From: an uncultured archaeon
GTDB lineage: Archaea > Micrarchaeota > Micrarchaeia > Micrarchaeales > CABMGC01
DNA length: 32,000 nt
Assembly (NCBI GenBank): GCA_963704435.1
Contig: OY969902.1
Location: forward strand, 810,001 to 842,000
Direction of reading: 5' to 3'
The translations under genes and the position numbers were made by a program. This document shows positions 26,321 to 32,000 of this stretch, one piece after another (within the stretch, counting starts at the first letter, position 1; each line of letters begins with the position of its first letter). A model generated the notes under the pieces. It worked only from the letters and a program-made list of their open reading frames with translations, did not search any database and was not told the origin of the DNA.

Positions 26321-27372
26321 GTGATCATCCTCCTTATCTCGTCGTCGCCCAGTCCGTAGCTCTTGCCCTTTATTATTATTCTGAGCGTCGAGACCTCTAT
26401 CTCCTTCAGGTACAGGAACGCGATTATCGTGCCGAACGAGAGCACGCTGTGCCTGACCGCCTTGAGAGCGTCGCGGAACAGCTCGTTCATCATCGCGATC
26501 TCGAATATCATGAGGGACCTGCCCTTGCCAGCGGCGTACTCGGCGGCGGCCTGCTTCAGGTCGAACGCGCCAATCGAGACTGCTAGGGCGTCAACGCTCT
26601 TGGAGCTCTCGAACGCCTTGCCCAGCGCGGCTATGCCCACGCTCCCGTTGCGCACAAGGTAGCCCCGGATCTCGGAGAACTCCCTCCCGTGCCTCTTCGC
26701 GTTGAGCAGCATGAGCGCGTTCTTCAGGTCTATCCTTCTGGCGATGAGCTGCGCCGACTCCCTGTTGATCTTCCTGAGCTTCTCGATAGTCGATCCGAGC
26801 TTGGCGTAGTACGCGACGTCTATCGCGCTGTCGACCTCCATCAGGTCCTTCGACTTCCTGTAGGCGTTCAGCGCGGACCTCATCTCCTGCTTGTATGGCG
26901 TCGCGGCCGCGAGCTTCCCTATCGCGCTCTCGATGCTGTTCGTGGCCATCGCCTCCTTGACCCTCGCCGCGCTGACGTACTTCGAGTCTATCAGGTACCG
27001 GGATATGTCATCGAATCCCTTGCCCGTGCCCATGGCGCCTATCATGAACTTCGCATTGCTCATGTCCCACACTCCGACGATGTCGCGCACTATCTCCCTG
27101 TGCGCAGGGGGAGCGACCGCGACCAGCTTGTTCGTCTCCTTTCCCAGGCTCTTGCTCAGCGCGAAGTCTATCAGCTTGTCCATCGACTTCGTGCCCCCGA
27201 ACTCCTCGACGTAGCCCTTGTAGCTGGTCTGGAGGAGCATCGCGCCCATGCTCTCCGTCTCCTTTGCTGCAAGCATGCGCTCTATCGCGTCCCTCGCGAC
27301 CAGCTTGGACTCCATCGCCTTCACTCGGGTGTTGGAGTAGCCATACCTTATAGCGTCGCGGAATCCTGGCAT
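26308..27372 (-). CDS. atpC: A-type ATP synthase subunit C
   Basis: 354 aa. The N-terminus [15 protein letters not shown] is typical of the V/A-type C (d-like) subunit. Operon position supports the call. Confidence 0.9.
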   Translation of the reverse strand: MPGFRDAIRYGYSNTRVKAMESKLVARDAIERMLAAKETESMGAMLLQTSYKGYVEEFGGTKSMDKLIDFALSKSLGKETNKLVAVAPPAHREIVRDIVGVWDMSNAKFMIGAMGTGKGFDDISRYLIDSKYVSAARVKEAMATNSIESAIGKLAAATPYKQEMRSALNAYRKSKDLMEVDSAIDVAYYAKLGSTIEKLRKINRESAQLIARRIDLKNALMLLNAKRHGREFSEIRGYLVRNGSVGIAALGKAFESSKSVDALAVSIGAFDLKQAAAEYAAGKGRSLMIFEIAMMNELFRDALKAVRHSVLSFGTIIAFLYLKEIEVSTLRIIIKGKSYGLGDDEIRRMITWFK

Positions 27373-27378
27373 CTGTCG

Positions 27379-28059
27379 TCACTTGCGCTTGCGCTTCGGC
27401 TTGTGTTTCAAGGCCGTCTTCCTGGAAGCATTTTTCGGCACCTTCTTCTTGGCTGCCCCTTTGCCGAATTTCTTCTTCGCGATCCCTCTCTTACCGGTTC
27501 CGAAGACGCCCTTCCTTAGCGCCTCCTTCACAGTGTCGCGGTTCCTGTCGAAGAGGGTGTCCAGCGTAGCGTCTATCTTTATCCTGCCGTCTGCCGCGTA
27601 GATTACGAGCCCGTCCATCTTTCCTTGGCTGTGCCTTATCTTTCCGGCGAATCCCTTCGCGAACTTCGCGTCCCGCTTGTCCATGACGAGCGTGAGACTC
27701 TCCATCGGAGATACCTTCAGCGCCTCCTTTATCGCAGAGTCGAAGAGCCTCCCGTAGCCCTTCTCCTTGACGCGCTTGATGACGCTGCCCCTTATCCGCT
27801 CCACGAGCCCGTCGATCGTCTTCTCCCTGGCCGCGAGCAGGAGGTTACGCTCCTGCATCTCCCTCGACGACCTGTACTCGAGGCTAAGTCTGCCGATCTC
27901 GTCCTTGAGCTCGCGCTCGAACGCCTCGTCCGCGGCATCAGCCCTGGCCTTCGCCTCTTTGACAATGGCCGCGGCCTCTCTCCTGGCCTTGGCCTCGATC
28001 TCATCGGACCTGCGCTTGGCGTCGTCCTGTATCTCCTTCTGCAGTGCATCCAACGGCAT
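27379..28059 (-). CDS. atpE: A-type ATP synthase subunit E, with an unusual Lys-rich C-terminal tail
   Basis: 226 aa. The N-terminal long helix (LQKEIQDDAKRRSDEIEAKARREAAAIVKEAKARAD) and the operon position identify subunit E. The last 41 or so residues are GTGKRGIAKKKFGKGAAKKKVPKNASRKTALKHKPKRKRK. Confidence 0.85.
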   Translation of the reverse strand: MPLDALQKEIQDDAKRRSDEIEAKARREAAAIVKEAKARADAADEAFERELKDEIGRLSLEYRSSREMQERNLLLAAREKTIDGLVERIRGSVIKRVKEKGYGRLFDSAIKEALKVSPMESLTLVMDKRDAKFAKGFAGKIRHSQGKMDGLVIYAADGRIKIDATLDTLFDRNRDTVKEALRKGVFGTGKRGIAKKKFGKGAAKKKVPKNASRKTALKHKPKRKRK

Positions 28060-28068
28060 GTACTGACC

Positions 28069-28311
28069 TTATATGCCGATGCCGAATCCCAGCATTATCA
28101 GTATCGCGATGACGAAGGCGAAGATGAGTATCGTCTCAGGGAGCACCAGAAACAGCAGCGCCCTTCCGAACTCCTCTGGCTTCTCCGCGACGAGCCCCAT
28201 TCCCGCGCTGCCTATCGCGGCCTGCGCCATGGCGGTTCCTATCGCCCCTCCGAGAATTGCCAATCCTGCTCCTATCGCTGCAACCGCAGCCTCCATTCCT
28301 AGTGCTACCAT
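28069..28311 (-). CDS. atpK: A-type ATP synthase subunit K (proteolipid, c subunit)
   Basis: 80-aa two-helix hairpin with a Gly/Ala-rich TM1 and the ion-binding Glu in the LPET motif of TM2. Confidence 0.9.
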   Translation of the reverse strand: MVALGMEAAVAAIGAGLAILGGAIGTAMAQAAIGSAGMGLVAEKPEEFGRALLFLVLPETILIFAFVIAILIMLGFGIGI

Positions 28312-28316
28312 TCAAA

Positions 28317-30215
28317 TCACTCTTTAGTATAACGCCTCCTATAGCCGAACGGGCTGAACCTCACTCCTCCGCCCTCGTAGAACTTCGAGAAGAACTCGAC
28401 GAAGTTGAGCCTTACCGCCTGCACTGAGCCTTCGAAAATGCCCAGGATCATATTCATGAAATGCAACAATATAAAGATTACCAAGGTCAGGGAGAACGCC
28501 AGTATCCCGCTGCTGAGGGACGGCGTGAACGCCACGTCTATGAGCATGGCCGTCATCACGCTCGCGAGCCCGAATCCCATGAGCCGCGCATAGCTCAGCG
28601 GGTGGGATATGAGGCTCGTCATCTCCGTCGCCTCCATGCCGCTTAGCGCGACGGTGACCCCTGCCGACGCTATCGAAACCGCGGCCGCGACTGTCGCGAC
28701 GCCTGAGCTGAAGACCCCGAAGAACATGCCCGCGACCGCAACGGTGCCCGCGACCAGAAACGCGATGGACGTGACCTTGCTTGCGGCAAGCTTGAGATGG
28801 CCCTTCCTGTACTGGTTGACGAACCCAAACGACAGGCCGAGGACTATCTGCACGATTCCCAAGAGCACCGTGGCCGCAAGTATGGTGGTCAGGTCCTTGA
28901 GCCAGTCGAAGCCCGTGAAGCTAGTGAAGTAGTGGTTCAGCGGAAGGCCGAAGTACTGGTTCGAAAGGAAGCCGAATAGGATTACGGATATGGAGCACAT
29001 CTGCCATATCTTCGCGGTGTTGCAGACCAGGTCGTCGGGATTGGTTATCCTCGTGACCAGCGTGGCGAGCAGCAGGGACATTAGGCCGTAACCGACGTCG
29101 GATATCATAAGGCCGTAGAAGATGGGGAACGTGATTATGAATATCCAGGTCGGGTCGATCTCGTCGCTCCTTGGCACGTTCACGAAACTTACCAGGAAGT
29201 CGAACGGCTTCAGGAACCCCGGCCTCCTGACGAGCGTGGGCGCGAGCTCGTCCGTCTCCAGCGCATCCAGCGCGAACTTGCCCCTGACGACCCTATTGAG
29301 GTCTTCGCGGAGCACGCCGAGGTTCTTCTTCACGATCCAGCCCTCCACTATGAAGGTCGAATCCGTCTTCTTGAAGTTCGCGCTCACGCCTGCCCTATCG
29401 GACTCGACGGAGAGCATCTCGACCATGCTGGCTATCTCCAGATAGCTCTTAGCGGCGTGCCCGTCGAGCCTGCAGCCGATTCCGGCCTTCTCCTCGGTAA
29501 GCTTGCGCTCGCGGGCGCGGAGCCGCCCCAGCACGTCCTCAGCCTTGCCGTCAAGGCTGCCGTTCTCGATGTCTATCTCATATACGCCGCCCAATCCGGT
29601 GATGCCCTCCAACGCATCAGCGGCGGCCCTCCTGTACGCGACGAAGAGCAGGAGACCTTCCTTGGTCTCCTTGCGTATGACCTCGCAGTCGCCTTTTAGC
29701 TTCGCGAGCTCCGCTTCGACTTTCACTGACGCGCCCTTCGCAACGGAGAACGCCCTGAACTCGAGCACTCCGCTTCTGAGCTTCGAGAAGTCTATGCCAG
29801 TGCCCGTGAAGCGCTTCGCGAGCGCGGCCGCCTCCCTGACTCCACCGAGCTCGTTCTCTATCGCGTTCCTCCTCTCCTCGAGCGAGAAGACCTCGTCGAC
29901 CGCTTTCAGGGACCGCGCCTTTGCCACCAGCCGCTCTCCGTCCAGCTGCCTGTGAGACGCGGCGTGGGCCCTGACCCTCTTCTCGTCAAGGTGCTTGTCC
30001 ACGACGGTCCGCAGCCTCTTGTCAAGGTGCCTCTTCAGTATCGCCTCCGCGGACCCATACCTCACGAGCAGCTCAGAGACGGCCGGCACCTCCACAGCCG
30101 CGTCGTCCTGCGCCGGGAGTGCGCTCTTCCTTATGTCGACGACCCCCTTCTTGTGGAGCTCCTTTATGACCTCGTACTTCCGGTTCTTGAGAGCGATTAT
30201 TCTGATCTTCTGCAT
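28317..30215 (-). CDS. atpI: A-type ATP synthase subunit I (a subunit, stator)
   Basis: 632 aa from the ATG at 30215 (MQKIRIIALKNRKYEVIKELHKKGVVDI, a typical subunit I N-terminus), with a hydrophobic C-terminal half. GGAGGAG lies immediately upstream. The track's longer form begins at a TTG that overlaps atpH. Confidence 0.9.
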   Translation of the reverse strand: MQKIRIIALKNRKYEVIKELHKKGVVDIRKSALPAQDDAAVEVPAVSELLVRYGSAEAILKRHLDKRLRTVVDKHLDEKRVRAHAASHRQLDGERLVAKARSLKAVDEVFSLEERRNAIENELGGVREAAALAKRFTGTGIDFSKLRSGVLEFRAFSVAKGASVKVEAELAKLKGDCEVIRKETKEGLLLFVAYRRAAADALEGITGLGGVYEIDIENGSLDGKAEDVLGRLRARERKLTEEKAGIGCRLDGHAAKSYLEIASMVEMLSVESDRAGVSANFKKTDSTFIVEGWIVKKNLGVLREDLNRVVRGKFALDALETDELAPTLVRRPGFLKPFDFLVSFVNVPRSDEIDPTWIFIITFPIFYGLMISDVGYGLMSLLLATLVTRITNPDDLVCNTAKIWQMCSISVILFGFLSNQYFGLPLNHYFTSFTGFDWLKDLTTILAATVLLGIVQIVLGLSFGFVNQYRKGHLKLAASKVTSIAFLVAGTVAVAGMFFGVFSSGVATVAAAVSIASAGVTVALSGMEATEMTSLISHPLSYARLMGFGLASVMTAMLIDVAFTPSLSSGILAFSLTLVIFILLHFMNMILGIFEGSVQAVRLNFVEFFSKFYEGGGVRFSPFGYRRRYTKE

Positions 30216-30234
30216 CTCCTCCGTGCGAAGCAAG

Positions 30235-30558
30235 TCATTCACCAAGAATAAGATCCGCGACCTTGCCAGCAACCCTGCCGAGGGCCTCCTTGCTTGCTTT
30301 CGTGTCCCTGACCTTCGCCGCCTCCTTCTGCGCGTCAGCGAGGGCCTTCCTGTTCTCCGCCTCGAGCCTCTTTATTGCCTCTTCGATCCTCGCGGTCCTC
30401 TGCTCAGTCGTCCTCTTCGCGGCGTTCTCCCCAATCTCCTTCGCCTTTGAGCCCGCCTCATCAATGATCCTCCTGGCCCTGAGGTTCGCCTTCTCCATCA
30501 TGCCCTTCGCGGAAACCTCCGCCGCCTCAACGTTGCTTATCGATTCCATTCCGCCCAT
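30235..30558 (-). CDS. atpH: A-type ATP synthase subunit H
   Basis: 107-aa charged helical protein (E/K/A-rich) encoded first in the operon, directly upstream of atpI, as in archaeal ahaH/atpH. Confidence 0.7.
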   Translation of the reverse strand: MGGMESISNVEAAEVSAKGMMEKANLRARRIIDEAGSKAKEIGENAAKRTTEQRTARIEEAIKRLEAENRKALADAQKEAAKVRDTKASKEALGRVAGKVADLILGE

Positions 30559-30597
30559 TCTATCCCGTACAAAAAGCGAAGGTAATAGAGAATTGAC

Positions 30598-30608
30598 AAA
30601 TTTATAAC
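30598..30608 (-). promoter_or_regulatory. Candidate TATA box for the atp operon
   Basis: ggttataaatt on the minus strand, about 42-49 nt upstream of the atpH ATG at 30558. Confidence 0.4.
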
Positions 30609-30676
30609 CTTTTCTTCGTATAGGACAAACCCGTCAAGGAAGGTCCGATGAAGAAGTGGCTGTCCGCCTGGTTTAA

Positions 30677-31858
30677 CTATGGTTTGTGAAGCTCGGATAT
30701 GAGCGTTAGTACGTTGACAAACCGCACTTTGCATGCGCCGACTTCGGCGCTGGCCCCTTCGCCATCTTTGAAGACGACAAATCCTTTCTTGGACCTATAC
30801 GATTCTATGAACTGTCGCATTCCCGCACCGACAGCGCCTTCCGGCGACCTCACTTTGACCTCTATGGGGGTTATCCGATTCCCGTCTTGGACCACGAAAT
30901 CCACTTCTGCCTTGCCTTTGGATTGCCAATACCTGACATTCTTCCCCGCTTTTATCAGTTCGGATAGCACATAATTCTCGAATATCCTGCCATTGAGTTC
31001 CGCACCCATTCGAAAATCATTAGCTACTGCGTTCCTGAGCCCTGTATCTAGGAAGTACAACTTGGGTTGCTTCGTTATCTCCTTGAGCTTGTTCTTGTAA
31101 AAGGGCATGATCCGCACTATGAGATAGCTCTTTTCCATTGCGTCCATGTATTTCTTGACGGACTGGAAGGACAGACCGACGTCCCTGCATACGCTGTTGT
31201 ACTGGATTAGGTTACCGACGTAATGTGACAGGTATGCTGCGAGCCTCTCCAGCGCACCCACGTCCTCTATCCTGAAAGTCCTTGACATATCCTTAAGCAC
31301 CATCGTTTCGTACAGGTTCCTGAGGAGAGCCTCCTTGCTCTGGTTGTCGCTCTCCAGCACGACCTTGGGATAGCCTCCGTATGCGATGTGCTCATCCACG
31401 CTTCGCGACAGCATCTTCCCAGTGGTTTCCGCATACCCTTTTGTGGAAAGGAACTCCTCAAGGGAAAACGGATACATCTTTATGACCGCTACTCTCCCCA
31501 CGAGCCATGAAAGCACATCCTTGCCCAGTATCGTCTCAGAGGAAGACGTTATCCAGAGCCTTTTTCCGACATCGGCCAGATACTTCAGCTTTTGGCCAGG
31601 GTCTTTCCCGTACTGGACTTCGTCAAGGACCGCCAGCCTGCCACCTTGAAGGTACTGGTTCTCGAATTTCTTTATGTCAGAATCGAACATCTCCCTTACG
31701 TCGGGGTCGTCGAAGAAAAGATAGGATGCGCCTGACTTTTCCGAGAGCGCCTTAAGGAACGTCGTCTTTCCAGCCTGCCTTGGGCCCACGACGGCGACTA
31801 TGCCATTGGCCTTTGCCGCGGAGACGAATTCCTTGGTAATGCCTCTTTCGACGTACAT
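30677..31858 (-). CDS. AAA-family ATPase (AAA_14 N-domain plus DUF4143-type C-domain)
   Basis: The internal ATG at 31858 gives MYVERGI...VAVVGPRQAGKTTFL (Walker A) and LAVLDEVQY (Walker B). The C-terminal region (GGYP..., ...YWQSKGKAEVDFVV...PIEVK) is typical of DUF4143 ATPases with a nuclease-like fold. A TATA element lies 23-30 nt upstream. Confidence 0.8.
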   Translation of the reverse strand: MYVERGITKEFVSAAKANGIVAVVGPRQAGKTTFLKALSEKSGASYLFFDDPDVREMFDSDIKKFENQYLQGGRLAVLDEVQYGKDPGQKLKYLADVGKRLWITSSSETILGKDVLSWLVGRVAVIKMYPFSLEEFLSTKGYAETTGKMLSRSVDEHIAYGGYPKVVLESDNQSKEALLRNLYETMVLKDMSRTFRIEDVGALERLAAYLSHYVGNLIQYNSVCRDVGLSFQSVKKYMDAMEKSYLIVRIMPFYKNKLKEITKQPKLYFLDTGLRNAVANDFRMGAELNGRIFENYVLSELIKAGKNVRYWQSKGKAEVDFVVQDGNRITPIEVKVRSPEGAVGAGMRQFIESYRSKKGFVVFKDGEGASAEVGACKVRFVNVLTLISELHKP

Positions 31859-31880
31859 GATGCTTAGTTGCACGCCGTCA

Positions 31881-31888
31881 TTTATATG
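31881..31888 (-). promoter_or_regulatory. TATA box for the AAA ATPase gene
   Basis: catataaa on the minus strand, 23-30 nt upstream of the ATG at 31858 (leaderless spacing). Confidence 0.5.
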
Positions 31889-31893
31889 TCTTT

Positions 31894-31955
31894 CTACTAA
31901 AATTAAACTCAAGTTACAGTTTAGTCCAACTAAAATCAAACTAAAGTTAAATTTC
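31894..31955. repeat. Two imperfect 29-bp direct repeats with a 33-bp period
   Basis: ctactaaaattaaactcaagttacagttt (31894-31922) versus caactaaaatcaaactaaagttaaatttc (31927-31955), about 23 of 29 identical. They sit in an AT-rich tract immediately upstream of the ATPase TATA box. Confidence 0.7.
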
Positions 31956-32000
31956 AGTAAAGGGCAGCGGCATTGCTTGGGCGTGCCGGCCCACAGCAGC

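Noticed and set aside
26689-28302. 276-aa and 225-aa plus-strand ORFs opposite atpC, atpE and atpK
   Set aside because: They are antisense to conserved ATP synthase genes and are high-GC artefacts.
31894-31955. Possible CRISPR-like repeats
   Set aside because: There are only two copies, they are imperfect and AT-rich, and there is no spacer periodicity beyond one unit and no cas genes.

Overview
This is an archaeal chromosomal segment, G+C-rich by eye, with AT-rich TATA-like boxes about 25-35 nt upstream of many start codons. The lineage cannot be fixed from sequence alone. The class-III-signal-peptide LamG protein, SepF and the two-subunit 2-oxoacid:ferredoxin oxidoreductase suggest a DPANN/Micrarchaeota-like or Thermoplasmatota-like archaeon. 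Housekeeping content: a SpoU/TrmH RNA methyltransferase, SepF, a Hel308/Ski2-like helicase, MetRS, tRNA-Ala(UGC), a VOC/glyoxalase protein, the oxidoreductase alpha and beta subunits, and a complete A1A0 ATP synthase operon (H-I-K-E-C-F-A-B-D) on the minus strand. Three parts are not ordinary. (1) An AT-richer block around tRNA-Ala (about 5.3-9.3 kb) holds only ORFans: a 225-aa protein, an unannotated 39-aa hyper-acidic micro-ORF, a 455-aa all-helical protein and a 406-aa protein with a TM helix at each end. (2) A cell-surface cluster (9.7-18.4 kb) holds a 1953-aa Cys-rich/Thr-linker/C-terminally anchored giant protein, a GT4 glycosyltransferase, a pilin-like LamG protein and a 4-TM protein whose loop is (Cys-Gly)6(His-Gly)2. 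(3) Smaller oddities: a mucin-like Thr-rich secreted protein, a Lys-rich tail on ATP synthase subunit E, and 33-bp-period direct repeats upstream of a DUF4143-type AAA ATPase. No CRISPR array, integrase, transposase or rRNA was seen. All composition statements are by eye, and no database searches were possible.
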